A stretch of DNA of 64,000 nt from Lama guanicoe (taxonomy: Eukaryota): contig MU054212.1 of the NCBI GenBank assembly GCA_013239625.1, positions 3,162,001 to 3,226,000 of the forward strand, written 5' to 3'. The notes below the pieces were generated by a model. It ran no database searches and was not told where the DNA came from. It worked only from the letters and a program-made list of their open reading frames with translations. Within the stretch, counting starts at the first letter, position 1, and every line of letters begins with the position of its first letter. Shown one piece after another: positions 12,880 through 26,679 of the stretch. A program made the translations under genes and the position numbers.

Positions 12880-13272
12880 TGTTAGGAGGTGAACTGACTC
12901 CAAACAGGTATGTCACAGTCCTAACTCCTGGTACCTGTGAATGTGACCTTGTTTGGGAACACAGCCTCTGCAGATGTAATCAAGATGACGTCATGGCTGA
13001 TGTCCTCATAAGAGGAAAGACACAGAGGGAGCACAGCCATGTGTCGACGAAGGCAGAGACGGAAGAGATGGAGCTGAAAGCCGAGGACCCCCGAGGCTGC
13101 CTGCAGCCATCAGAAGCCTCTTCCCCTGCAGGTTCCAGGGAGAACCCGGCCCTGTGGCGATACCTTTGATTTTGAACTTCTGGCCTTCAGAAGCGAGAGA
13201 CAACACATGTGTGTGTTTGAAAGCACCCAGTTTGTGATCGTTTTTTCAGAGCACTCCCAGGAAACGAACACA
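12880..13272 (+). mobile_element. MLT1-family (ERVL-MaLR) solo LTR
   Basis: TG...CA ends; gtacctgtgaatgtgaccttgtttggga; ctttgattttgaacttctggccttcagaa; aggaaacgaacaca. Confidence 0.88.
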
Positions 13273-14329
13273 CGGCTGTGAGAGCAGCCGATGGCGTTGG
13301 CTCTCTGGGCGGGGCCACCAGCAAAGGCAAACGTGCCTCACAGGTAGCGCCTGAACTGGGAAAATGTTCCCCACAACACGCACATCCAACCCCCGAGAAA
13401 CGGAGCCCCGTATTCAGTGTCCCTCTTTGTCACCAAGCTGTATAAATACAAAGTATGAATTCACTCTGGGTTTCAACGGTCTATTATCCAAAAAGGCACA
13501 AACAGAAGGTATCAATTTACTACGGATTTCAATTGCCTAGACCCTATAGAAGAAGGCAGTTTTCACGACTTAAGGGAAGAGCGTTTATATTCAGTTTTCC
13601 CATTCTCATACTGACCATAGTCTACTTTGGTTTTGAAGGTATGCTGAGAAGGATCTTAAGGTATTATCTTTCATCTACCATAGTCAAAATGATTCAGAAA
13701 AACCTGGAGGAGATTTTCATCTCTATGAGGAACATTTTTCAGAGAGGAAATTGTTGCGGTGTTGAACTGCCAAAGAGACAGCTGAAAAAAAATGGGTCAC
13801 GCAGTCATCTCATTCTGGGACATAAGCTGCCAAGCGATTCACTGCTCATTTCTGTCCTCTTCTCGTAAACAAGCTGCGTGAACAAGTTACTTTAAAAAAG
13901 CATCCTGATTTCCCCAGTGAATTGCACAGGCAAAGAATCCACGGTTCCCTCCAGAGAACTCAAATAGTTGTTTGTTCTCAGTGCTCAGGTGTGGTAAAAG
14001 AGCTGCGGGCTAAAAATGCTGCATATTGGCTGGTAGGCTAGAAACTTCCCTCCACTCCAGCCCTGATTCCTTACGTTGGTCTGCAGCTCGTAGCTTGCCC
14101 AATGGCATAGAAAAAAAAAAAAAGGAAAAATAAAGACTTGCTTTTCAATTTCAATTTAATTACACAATCTATAGTGCCTAGTGGGAAGGATTTAGGGGCA
14201 AGGTGGACGCTCAGCAGCACTCCATTGCACATTCCTTTCTGATAAAGAACCCTGCGTTGATTATCTAAGGTGAATACATAGAAATGTTTTTCAAAAGCCA
14301 AATCCTTTGGGTGGCAGAGTGTTTTAAAG

Positions 14330-14622
14330 AAGGGGAGCATGGGGTCAAGAGGTACAAACTTGCAGTTATAAAGCCAATCAGTCATGGATGCAATGTACAG
14401 CATGGCGACCATAGTCAATACTGCTGTACACATGAAAGTTGCTAAAAGAGTAAATCTTGAAGCCATCACTAGAAAAAAAAGTTTTGTAACTTTGGATGGT
14501 GACAGATGGTAATTAGACTTACTACAGAGATCATTTCACAGCGTATATAAATATGGAATCATTATGTTGTCCACCTGAAACTAATGTATGTTATATGTCA
14601 ATCATATCTCAATTAAAAAAAA
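14330..14622 (+). mobile_element. LINE-1 3' end (L1MA9-like)
   Basis: ggtacaaacttgcagttataa...gaaagttgctaaaagagtaaatcttg...acctgaaactaatgtatgttatatgtcaat, then an A tail. Confidence 0.85.
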
Positions 14623-17261
14623 TTAATAAGGAATTGGCTTCACTTCTTGGCTCTTTGCCAGACTTTAGATAAATTAGAGGTGTAAGATGCCTCTTTGAAT
14701 TGTATTCCTGGTGCCTTCTTGAGAGTCGGGGGCACCTCCCTACTTGGAAGAAGAAAGGATAGACATTCCACTGTAGAATTAGAAACACCAGCTGGCAGAC
14801 ACTGACTGAACAACAACACAATTATCTGTTTTGAGAATGACTGTGTAATGAATATACTTAAGACCCTTACCTCTTAAAGTCAAGTCCAAAGAATTTCACT
14901 CTCTGACTGGGACTGGAAACCATTATGATTTTATCTGGCACCAAATCAATGTTTAAGATTATGAGTAAATATTTGGTGTTCTACTTTGGTGTCTACATAC
15001 TCTTATTAGTTTGGCCAAGGGTAAAAAGAAGGAAAGTACAGGAAATGAAAATTAGCTCCAAAGGAATGGTCTTAATATATTTTTCGACCAACTAACTGCT
15101 TTACCTTGTTAAGTTAATAAAGAAAAAAGGCCTCTTTATAAGGAAAAAGTATTCCCTATGTGACTTTGAATAAATAAAAATGGTAGGATTAACTTTACTG
15201 GTTATCTGTTGCTCAGCCTTACCAAACCACTTGAGTATGCACAAAGAGCTGAAAATACAATGTCAAAGATACAAAGCACAAAAGGCAAATAAACTCTTTG
15301 AAATGGCTCACTGACTTTAGCATTGCACAGTGACGCCATTCCGAAGTATTAACATGGCTGCTAGGAAGAGTCAATGTTTACAATTATATTCAAAAGCGAA
15401 ATGGTACCCGGTAAGCATTACATTTTGCCTACTACTGAATCTGCGGTCCAGTATTTTAGGCAAATGAATGAATAATTTTTACAGTTTGATGAATTACAGG
15501 GCATCTGGCACAGATTAGGTAAAGCTAGAGCTTAATTTGGTTGGAATGACAATGGAGACTAGAACTGGAATTTATTTTGAAGGGCATCAGACGGCTCTGA
15601 AACACGTAGCCTTGACTGGTATAAATGCAGATGTACCATGCTTCTCCCTGGCGAGCGTGAGTTATAATTGACGCCATAGGAGAACAACAGAAAAAGACAC
15701 GGAGATTTTTGTGTCTCTGCCCGAGGCCCACATCTACATTCCGAGTCTAGTGGAAGGCGCAGCCTTCAGAGAGGCAGCAGCCAGACTGGCCTGTGGGAGG
15801 AGGGTGGGGCAGGGCAACACAGGCTGAACTTGGTTTGTATGTGTGGCTGCGTGCGTCAAACCCCTCAAACAGTTGTACAGAATGACTCCATCTACTGGTA
15901 AATATAAAAGAAAAAAAATCAGTAAAAAGGGAAGCAGGCAGGAAGACACTGGTTCAGTGTACACAGAAATCAAAGGCTGGAATGGAAAATCAACTTGCGT
16001 GTTTCCATCACTGGGAGTTTAGTTCTTAACTGTTTGGGATGGAGTGACTGGGTGAATTAGAACTTCAGAAAATCACGGAGGAGCCTTACCTTAGTTAAGG
16101 GAGACGTACATAAAAGTATCTATTTGCTGCCATGAGAGTATCCATGCAGAGGTCACCATTTGCCCAGAGACACTTATGTGTTAGAACTGCCTCCCCACCT
16201 TGGGGAGGTGCGTGTGGAGGGAAGGAGTGAGGTGGGAGGGACAAGGAAAGTGCATGATCATCCACATATGACCCATTTATTTGTTCTCAGAAACAATAAC
16301 CATGTCTTGCTCATATCCAATACCTAGCAATGCTCTTTTTAAAATATTTACAAATGCTTGATTATTAACATTTAAAGTAAAATTCTATATTACAGTTTAT
16401 GAGAAGTGAGGAAATACCTGGTTGGTGATATATTCCTGGATTTTTTCTCTAGTCACTGAAAGAGAAAGCAAAAAAAAATTTAACATTAAAGTATGAAAAT
16501 GAACAAAAATACAGTACTGGTCTTGCTCTGTTCTCACTCAAAACTCCATCAGCTGTCATGGACTCTCTGAGCAAAGATGTGTACCACAATAGAGACATTT
16601 ACCATCACTCCAATAATTGGAATGAAAAAAATCAAAACCGAAACAACTACATCAGGCAAGGATAATAGAAAATTGAGTGGAAATCTGGGAAGGGAGATAT
16701 CAGAAGAATGTATTAAACTCTGGCAGAGAAATGGTAAAGAGATGAGAAGGTCAGAAGAAAAATCTGAACCACAGCCAGTCAAAGGTTTCCAAACAATGAC
16801 AACCTGTTCCAGCACAATACTGACGCTGAGCTCATGGAAGCTTGAGGACAAGACAGATTTAAAGTGGCGGACGGCAGAACGGCTACTTTTCTCTTGCCTA
16901 TGAAGATGAGAAACACATTCCTATGCTTTTGGTACCACCAGAGACTAAAACACAAACCAACAGTTCTATAAATGGTATCTTGGTCAGGACAGAAACATAT
17001 CAGGGTAACGTATGAAAAGCAACAGAGGGGTACAAATAATGAAGACTTTAAAATAATAAACCTCAGTCATGGCAAAAATAGCTTGAAAGTGATCAATATC
17101 ATGTATGTCTTAAAGACAAGGGAAAAAAATCCACAGTCATAACGGATCACCAACAAACCACCAGAAAGAGAGGAAAGAAGAAATTTTGTGGGCCCATCGT
17201 TATGTGCTTGTGAACATCTTGTTGTGATATGCACACTTTATTAAACCTGTCCTTTTAAGGT

Positions 17262-17922
17262 TTTCATTAAGATAATTGTGTAGTCATGTGCATTTGTAAG
17301 AAATAATACAGACAGGTCCCAGGTACCCTTTACCCCGTCTTCCCCCCCGGTGACATCTACAAGATCTGTACTACAGTGGTTATCACGACCAGGACACTGA
17401 CATTGACACAGTTGAGACACAGAACACTTTCACCACCACAAGGGTCCCTCACATCGCCCTTTGATAGTCACAGCCATCCCACATGCAGCCCGCACCCCCT
17501 TCTTAACTCCTGGCAACCGCTAATCTCTTCTCCATTGCTATCATTTTCTCATTTCAAGAATGTTGTGTAAATGGAATCATACATTTTATAACCTTTTGGG
17601 ACAAGATTTCCTTGTCCCAAATTCCCAATTCAGCATAATTCTCTGGAAAGTCATCCAGGCTGCTGTGAGCATTCCTACCTTTTTTTAAAAAAAAAAAAAT
17701 TGGTGAGTAGTATTCCATGGCAAGGATGTACCAACCCTTGTTCAGCATTTCACCTATTGAAGGCTAGTTTCTAGCTACTGTGAAGGAAGCTCCTATCAAC
17801 ATTTGTATACAGCTTTTTATGTGAACATAAGTCTTCATTTCTCTGAGATAAATGCCCAGGAGTGCAATTGCTGGGTGGTATAGTGTTGCACGCTTAGCTG
17901 TTTAAGAAACTATCAAACTATT
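17262..17922 (-). mobile_element. LINE-1 3' end (L1MC1/2-like)
   Basis: gtaagaaataatacagacaggtcc...accaggacactgacattgacac...tggcaaccgctaatctc...gcccaggagtgcaattgctggg. Confidence 0.85.
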
Positions 17923-18079
17923 TAAAAAAAACACTTAATGAATAAGTGATATTTACCAGTCAATTAAACAACCAATAATAAGCATATATGGAAATTTTAC
18001 TAAGTGTTCAGCACCAGGCGAGGTGTTACACAGGACACAGCAGACGAACAAGGAGCACAGAAAATGAGATGGCTCTGTT

Positions 18080-18132
18080 AAGAGTGGGCTATTCAATGTT
18101 GTTAAAAAAAAAAAAAGAGCGGGCTATTCAAT
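18080..18132 (+). mobile_element. Minimal retro-insertion (6 nt + poly-A) between 18-bp target-site duplications
   Basis: aagagtgggctattcaat [gttgtt + A-run] aagagcgggctattcaat, at a TT|AAGA L1-endonuclease-like site. Confidence 0.75.
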
Positions 18133-19639
18133 CAAGCCACTGTCACGAAACGCCAGGGGCCGGGCAATCTTGGCGTTTCCAGATAATAAGGACCAATTTT
18201 CTTCATTTTTTAAAATGGTACGTCCCACCAGACATTCTTGATATGTTTTAATATTAAGATTTCTTTTGTCAGATAATATGCAGAGTGTTAAAAGAGGAGT
18301 GTTTAATGGTCTGTAGAAAAAAAAAACACCTTTTGAAGTAGACCACTAGTATGGCTAAGAAGAGGGGGAAGAATGTTCTCAAAGGAGGAAGAGTCTATGC
18401 AAAGCTGTGTGACAGCAGGGAACAGGGCGGGTCCAAAGCCCGGGAAGGAAGCCAGCCAGGGGGAAGTAAGGGGGCGAGAGCTGAGACGAGGCTGGACAGA
18501 CAGGTGAGAAGCCCGGGTAGACCGTTTGTCGGAGATTTATGATCTTCCCCAAAGTAACGGGAAGTCAGTTACTAAGGGGATTTAGCCCAGAGTGTGATGG
18601 GGACACTGGAATGGCTTGGTCAGATTTGCATTTGTAAAAGACCCCTCCCACTGGGCAACGGGCTGGAGGTGATGCTGGGGGCAGCAGCATTGCTACAAAA
18701 TCTTAGTTTTGTTTCCTTAGGAACCAAGGGAAAGTTGAAGGGATTCAAGTGAAAAATAAGAGCCCAATCAAATAATTGCCACCTAACCGTGTAGCGGGTC
18801 ACTGGACTCTAGAGAATGCAGGCAACAACAACCTGGTGCTTCATACAGCACTGGCATTGACTACATGTCTGACTTGGGGCCAGTTACTCAATGTTCTCGT
18901 CTTGTTTGGCCATTTATAGGAAGACTTAACCATATTTTCCCTTCTCTGGATTTGTGAGGAGTAAATAAAATAAGCATGAATTTTGCAGGCAAAGGATGAG
19001 AGAAGGCATTCTAGAGGGTTGAGACAGGAAGGTTAGTCTCGGGGGCAGGATGATGGGTGTGTTTGGGGAATCGTGAGGCGTTCTGAGTGGCTTGCGCTGT
19101 ACGACTGCATGTCCCACGGCAGGCGGGATGTAAGGGGCGTGGGAGGAGGGTAAGAGACCAGCCTTGGGAGGTTGTGCACCAGAGGTGAGACTGAGAGGGG
19201 CTTTGCAGGCTGTGGGAGGTCAGCAGAGAGTTTTTAGAAGGGGGACGAGGTAGGAAAAGCTGTTCTCGAGAAAGAGGACTTGGGCGGTGGTGTGGAGGAT
19301 GAGTTGAGGGGGAGGGGAAGATGGGAGCAGAGAGAGCAATGAGCATGCTTAGTGTCTGGGCTTGAGTGATGAGGGCTTGAGGCCAGGGATGACGGGACGT
19401 CTGGAGCAGGTGGCATTTCTGAAGTAGCGTCTGGAGACGGACTGGACGTGGGAAGTACAGGAGCAGGGAGCAGGGCACCCTAGGTTTTCAGCCAGGGGAA
19501 CATGTGGGTAATGACGTCACTGAAGCCATGGTGGGAGAAGGAACAGATTTGAAGGGGACTTTATTAAGCAAGTCCTGTGGGCTTGTTCTCGTAATTAAAA
19601 TGAAGATATCTATAGGTTATGAAAGCTGACATGGCAATC

Positions 19640-19910
19640 ATGGTGGATTGAATAATGGCCCACCCTCACATGCCTACATCCTAATCTCTGGAACCTGTGA
19701 ACATGGTACCCTACCTGGCAAAAGCATATGCAAATGCGATTAAGTTAAGGATCTTGGGATGGAAATATTATCCTGGATTATCTGAATGTGCTCAGTATAA
19801 TCATAAGAGTCCTTATAAGAGGGAGACAGGAGAGCCAAAGGCAGAGAGAAGGCAACATGATGATGGGAGCGGAAGTCAGAGTGATGCCGTGGCTGGAGGG
19901 GGACCATGGG
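19640..19910 (+). mobile_element. MLT1D-like LTR, 5' part
   Basis: gaataatggccc...cctaatctctggaacctgtgaa...gattaagttaaggatcttgggatgg...attatcctggattatct. Confidence 0.85.
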
Positions 19911-20210
19911 GTGGAGAAAGCTGCAGAGGGAGGCCATGGGCATTGCTAGCTCCGCTTAGAATAGTTTTGGGACACCGTTGTCCATCAGGAGCTTCAGGGA
20001 CAGAAGTTACAGAAATGCCCCCAACCGCCCCCCCACCAAATCTGAGGGGACTTATTTCTCAAAGACTTGTCATTCCAGAGTAACTGCCTCAGATTCTCTA
20101 ACCTCCATGCCAAGACTCACGCATCCCTCCCATTGTAAGTGGTTTGATTAACCACCTCAAACTGAATTATAACTTCAGGGGACATACTTTTGCTGCCTAA
20201 ACAGTTTAGA

Positions 20211-20385
20211 ACAGTGGTTTTTAATTTCTTTTAGGTTACAAGCCCCTTTGAGAATCTACGAGCAGCTACAAATCTGCTCCTCAGAAAAATGCCAACACCC
20301 AGCAAAACAGGACAATGGCAGGAGGTGAGAGGGGCCCTCTGAAGCCACACACAGGTTTGCAAGAACCTGCAGTTTCAAGTCTCTT
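20211..20385. mobile_element. hAT-Charlie-type MITE remnant
   Basis: cagtggtttttaa...cccctttgagaatct...cagaaaaatg...caggtttgcaagaacctg resembles short MER DNA-transposon derivatives. Confidence 0.5.
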
Positions 20386-22309
20386 CTGAACAGGAGGCCC
20401 CAGCACATGAGATAATTTCTCAGATTCCGGCTCCTCTGGACCATTTTTAGTCCCTGAAGAAGACTCATTAGCTGATTAGCCACTGCCCTTGCTTAAGGCG
20501 CTGAAAGCATGAGTTTAATGTCTTATTTTTATCCTAAAATATATGGTACCTTCAATATGTCAGGTAACTCCTGAACGCTGGGTGTGCAGAGACGTACACA
20601 GCAGGGCGACCACCCTCCAGGTCAAGGTCAAGTGCGAGCAGAGATAAGCAGAGATAAATGGCAGCACTGCACTGCAGGTGTTTTAATCGAGTTTTATGAA
20701 TGACGCAGGGTGAGGACACAGAGGAAGAGCCACCCATGTGGCTGATCTTGGGGGACAAATAGGTTTCTGGGAAGGATGTTGCCAATGACCACTCTTACCC
20801 TCTTCCATTTTAGCTTATGCAGAAATATGCCACTAACCACCAAGGACCACAATTTTAATTGATTTTTTAATTGGCTCTTTACTTAATGGTCTTTAAGAAT
20901 ATCTCCTGGATAAAGCATGTTTGAACATGTGCTTAGATGATGACTACAAGGACCAAGCATCGGGATGCAGGAGTTGGAATAATGAGCAAGTGGAACTTGA
21001 ATCAGATCTTCAGAAAGGGATGGAATTTGGAAAGCATCGTGACAATGACAGCTCCGGCTAGATGGGAGGATTTGGGGAGAATTATTGGTGCCCAGGTAGG
21101 TTTGGGTGACCTGGAAACAAGTCGATTGCCTTATGTTTGAAGCAGTAGACAACTTGGGAGCAATTATGGTTTCTTCAGCAGAGGTGGACTATGAAGAAAA
21201 TGAAACTGGTGAATAGACTGAACAGAGCAGGTGGAGCAACTGGAGAACCCAGAGGGCGCTGTGGTGGGTGGATAAACTGGGATAAAGGATTAAAGATGGG
21301 AAAGAGTCATATGGGGCTTATTTAGTCACTTAACAAATATGTGATCGGCTACCATGGGTCACATATGGACAAGCTCTGGGGAATCAGCTGGTCCCTCGCT
21401 GCACCCAAGAGCTTGCTGGCTGGGCTCCCTGCCCTTCCCTGGCATCGTCTACCTCTTTACCATCGCCGACATTTTGCATTATCCTTTCTGTAGCGATGCT
21501 CAAACTGTTTTGAAGGTACCACTGGTGAACTCTTCAGACGAGGCAAGGAAGAGGAAGTCGGGTTACGAATCTCCTCCTCCTTGGAGCACAAGCACACCTG
21601 TTGTATGTATCTCCGTGTATTATGGAGAGTAATCTGATATTCCACAGCTGCCAGATTCTGGAGTATCACATCCTCCCTCCTCTCCATCTAAGGGAATTTT
21701 AGGAAGGAATCTGAGAACTGGGGAAAGAGGACCAACATGGTGATCTGCAACAGAGCAGCTCTGGCAATTTGGGGAACTTTATCTTTATCCCGCAAAAGAG
21801 GACAGGGCAAAAGAGGTAACTATGGCTGATGAAAGGGCTCAAGGACCAGGAATAGTTCAAGGGGGCCAAAGATGGGAGCAGAGGAGGGGTTTCCGAGCAG
21901 CCCAGGGGCAGTAGGAACAGTGTCTCAGTGTCTTCAGAATCTACCTACAACTCATGCTGTTGGTTTATAGACGCTGACTTGCTGCAGCCCATCCATAGCT
22001 CTCCCCTGGATTGTGATCTTGCCGTCTGGCCATCCTGCCTCTCTGCTTGCACTCCCTAAACTCCTTACTACATCCTACTTGCCTTGTATCAGCTGCGTCT
22101 TGCCCATCTTTCCAAGCTTGCCTTGTTCTCTATTCCCTCTCCCTTCCTACCCTCCAGTCACTTGGGTTTGATGTGAATTTCTGGTCCTTTTGACCTTACT
22201 GTTGTCTCTCTAATTTTGCGGGGCTGGCTTTTTCGAATTTTTCAGGTTTCAGTTTAATATTAAGACCTTAGGGGCTCTTCTCTGGTCACCCAATCGCCTC
22301 TTATGATCT

Positions 22310-22457
22310 TTTTAAAATTATTATTATTTTTATTTTTGGGGGGGGAGGTAATTAGGTTTACTTATTTATTTTATCTTTAGAGGAGGTACTGGGGATTGAA
22401 CCCAGGACCTTGTGTGTGCAAAGCATGCGCTCTACCACTTGAGCTATACCCCCCACC
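22310..22457 (-). mobile_element. Vic-1-type tRNA-derived SINE
   Basis: ggaggtactggggattgaacccaggacct...gcgctctaccacttgagctatacccc (reverse A/B boxes), with an extended AT-rich tail. Confidence 0.88.
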
Positions 22458-25400
22458 GCCCCTTTGTGATTCTTGATCTCAGCCCATCGTGTGTTTCTTT
22501 CCTAGCACTGACCACGACTTGCAATTGCTTTGTCATTTGTATGTTTGCTTGCTTCTTTGCTTATTTCCTGTTTATAGTGGAAGCTCCCTGTGGTCGGGGA
22601 CCAGGCCCTCTTATTCATTGTTGTATCCCCAGGGCCCAGTGCTGGCACCCTTGAGGGTGCCAATGACTCTGTTTTGTGAGAGCAGCCATTTCTGTATTAG
22701 TTCCCAATTGATTTTCCAAGAACTTTAAAGTACCCTAATCATAGTGATTATTATGTCAAAAGTCCTTTTCCCCCTATCTTATACAACATCTGTAGTAGCC
22801 CAGTTCTGTATTAGGAACATAGTAAGTGTTCAAAATTGTGGGAATTGCAGTGAAGGATGGAGGGTTAATTCTAGAAAACTTATAACATCAGGTTTTATAC
22901 TTTTCCTGAAGGTTAACAATATTTTAATTGTCCTTTTAGTTTGAATTTACCTAAATTACCAGTTTTCTTTTTCTCCACTAAACTACTATTTACGAAAACA
23001 AGGTTTCTTAGCAAAGCTACAGTGAAGATACAGGCTGCTCATTAACCGCACCATGGAGTACGTGGAATGAGGGGCCCTGGGTGATGGCAGGCTGGACAGC
23101 CCCAGGGCAGACGACTTCAGAGCCCCTACCCTACGGGTAGGAACCCAAGGCACAAACCTGGGCTGCATCTTGGGATGATAAGGCAGGCTGGATACAAGTG
23201 TCTCTGGTGAAAGGTCACAGTGCGTCTGGGATTTGTGGCGTCTGCCCAGATAAGGAAGAGGTGGGTGACTGTTAGTGATGTAGGTGGCAGGGAACACATC
23301 CACGTTTGGAAGGGACTTGGGGACCAGGTCAGGAACAACTCAGGCAACAAGGCAGGAGCCATGCTGGGGGACTGGGGGTAAGGGGGGCTGACTCAGAAGG
23401 TAACAGGGCAGGCTTCCAGTCACTGAGGTCAGAGAGTCAGCTGAGGGTCACGGGGACTCAGGAGCTGGAGAGACCTTTTCTGTGAGATACAGCTATTTAC
23501 ATATGAGAAAAATGATCTCCTCCCTTCAGCTATTAAAACTCTACTAAATTAAAATATATAATTATATAATTATTTTGTGGCTCTAGTAGTTATGATTGCG
23601 GCTAATGATAATTTTTTTCTCCTGCTCACGGACAGTCTTAGCCTGGCAGAGACGTAAATGTTCCCCGACCAAGACAAGAAAAAAGGAGGGAATCCCACTT
23701 AAGGAAAACCTAAGTCATTCCCAAATTTATTCAAATCATATTTGAGAAAGAGGAATGGAATTTAGGGGATCAACTGTTACTGCATAAGCCTTTGCTAATA
23801 AAAGATTAAGAAGTATGTGGTTTAGCATCTTTTAATTATTTTTCCTAGCATCTTGAATATACAATGTTTGAAATCTCTGGTTGGATCAACATTATTTTGC
23901 TCAGAGGTTTGTGGACTTTGCATACTGATTCTTTCCTGTTTCCAAGTACATTTGCTTTTAGGCTATTTTTATTCACTTTAAAGGAATTTTAATAACTTTC
24001 TGTTGACAGCATGGACAGCTGGTCTTGAGAATTAAAGAAAATTCACTTGCTGACTGAGGAAGGAAGTGACATCAATGAGCTTCTACAGTCAGCCCAGAGG
24101 GGGAAACTGGCTTGTGAGAGAGTAGCCTTTCATTGCGCTGTATATATCGAGCGATGCCTTGAGATGCAAATTGGTGTATCAATCAAATCTGTGGTGCCTA
24201 CCTCCAACCAACTTAGTGCAAACTGAAGGAACAATGCCCCGAAACACTGAGGAAAAGGATGAGGGGCTTTGGAACCTAGGGGCGAAGTGAATGATGGGAG
24301 CTCACGGTCCCCTCTCTGGGCTGATGCTTCATTCTCTGTCAAGCCTCAGTTTCTTTGTCTAGAAAATGAGTTTGATGTAAATTGTTGGCTGAAGTCAGTC
24401 CATTTCTGTGACAGGTGGCTAATAAGACCATGTCTTAATAGGTATAGTGGAGACACGTTATCTCACCACTTTGTCCCAAAGAGAGCTAGCAATTGCTCTT
24501 GATCCTCCACTGACAGCGATCTAGAAAGAGGAATCTTTACGTGTTATTTGTAACTCCCACCTTTATCACTTGATATTTTTAAAATTGGTGTTTGCTGTTT
24601 AGAACTCTGCTGTAGAAAAAGTCAGGCACCAAATCGGGACTTTAAATAATAATGACAATTGTCATAACGATGATCATTGTCACAGTAAAGGATGACTTGA
24701 TTCTTTCCCACCCGCAGAGAATTTCCCTCTGGAGCTGCAGATAACCATGTCTCAAAGGCAACTGTGGTGCAGGCAGAGTGCGGCTGTACAAGTGGGTTGT
24801 ATCACGTGCGCGTGCACATGCGTGTACGTCTACACATCTGTGTAAAAGAGAGGCAGAAAAGTACCTGAATACATCTTATGGTAATGAGCTGAAAGATTAC
24901 ATTTCCAACGATTTATTTCTTAGCTCATTTTACAAAGTGTCTGCGATGGTTGCAGTGATGGCGCAATACCACTGTTTAACCAATCTCCGTTGGAGTTAGC
25001 AGTCTTGAGTCAAAGGGAATTTTATTCAGCCCAAGAGATAGATGCATTAATGCTGGCTTCTTTTCCTTGTCTGTAAACTTATTTGGGGTGTTCAATTACA
25101 TTTTCAAATTGTGTGAGCTTACAGAAGTAACTCGAACCACTCAAAAAATATTAAGTAAAGAAAAGAATGACTGGGTTCTCAACAGCCATAGTCTTCAGGC
25201 CAAAGCATTTTCAGATTATCCCCAAGCAAAACTTGCTCATTTGATCCTACAGCAATATTTTAATAAGCATCTATTCTGGACAATATGCTCAGTGCTCTGG
25301 AGGTACAGAAGTAAGGGAGAGGAGGTCAGATGAACACCTCCAGAAATAACTACATGAAATCATGGAGCTATAAGGGATTTATTAGTAAATTGTACAGGTC

Positions 25401-26679
25401 ATCAGACCAAAAGGTATTGAAATCTTGATATAGCAGAACTGGCGATGGGTTCACTTTCAGATTTTTCTAGTCTTGGCTTTGCCACTATCAAGTTCCATGG
25501 CATTTAGCAAATAGCTTCACTCCTGTAGTCTTTGCTTTATCTTTAGTGCCTAATGACAACATTGCAAGTATAGATGGCTTCTAAATTTGTTTCGAGTTAC
25601 TTAAATTCTTGGGCCCTAAAAAAAAAGAGAGAGATTGAAAATTTCCAGAGAATTGGCATAGGTGAAAAGGAAGAAAGGTTGTGTTTGGTGGGGGAACCTG
25701 AGGAAACGTCATAAAGGAGGTAGCATTTGATCTGGGTAGTTAGATGAGTAGAAACAGATTGGAGGGAAAGCTCAGAACCAGGAAATTCATGGGGTGTGCA
25801 CAGAGAGTAGTAAATAGTTCTTCTTGACTTCAGTCAAGTCTGTCTGTTAGCAAGTAATCAGAGGCAAGGAAACATGTGTATGATGGACAATACCATGGAG
25901 TGTCCTAAATACTTCAGGAGCGATTTTGACATTTATGTGATAACAGAGCTCTAAAAGAGTTTTGAGCCAGAGAGTGATCAAAACTGTTTTAAGAATAACA
26001 ATCTAACAATACTATGGTTTGAGGATGGGGGGACACTGGGAAGGAGGTGGAATAATGCAGGTGAATGTGAGAGACACTGTGTAGGTAGAATGGACTTAAT
26101 TCAGATGTGGGGCTGGGGCAGCCAGACAGTGGAAAGAAAGAAACAGAAGTTGACTAATATCTTGAGCCTGGTTACTTGGGAGAAGATGCTCTTAATGCAA
26201 AAGTGGAAACAAGGAAATAGGGCCAGTTTAAAGAAGCAAATTTGGTGAGTAATGGTGGAGGTGGAATGATTAGCTCAGTCTCAACGTTTGTTAAGTTGAA
26301 AAAACCAGTAAAACATCCTGGAGGAGGCAGAAAGTGAGATCAGCAGAGAGGTCAAGATAAGGCAATCTTCTGCAGAGAGATGGCTGGGGAAGCTACGGGA
26401 TGCAAGATGCTTTTGAAAGTATATACAGAGAAATAATGACCAAATTAGAACTTTGGGGAACAGTTGTATTGTAGTTACATTTGGATAATTTGCTGCCTCC
26501 TTCGGCAATGGGATGCAAATTGCACATTGTCTGCAGTGAATAGGGGACGCCACACAAGCTATCACAAGGATTGACTCTCAGGAACTGGCAAGTTAGAGGT
26601 TTGGTTTCAGAGTTTAAGTTCTCACTGGTCCTGCATTTCAGTCAAAGTCTTCGATTCTGGCACCAATTTCAATGGTGTG

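Noticed and set aside
12634..13206. ORFs of up to 161 aa, and similar ones at 5152, 14071, 19697 and 44343
   Set aside because: They run through MLT1, L1 or L2 remnants and are chance frames.
16549..16903. Overlapping 100-aa (-) and 108-aa (+) ORFs
   Set aside because: No recognisable homology or flanking signals, and they lie within the inferred intron of the minus-strand unit.
22380..22457. tRNA gene (also at 37.2 kb and 60.7 kb)
   Set aside because: These tRNA-like heads carry AT-rich tails and are diverged, so they are SINE copies.
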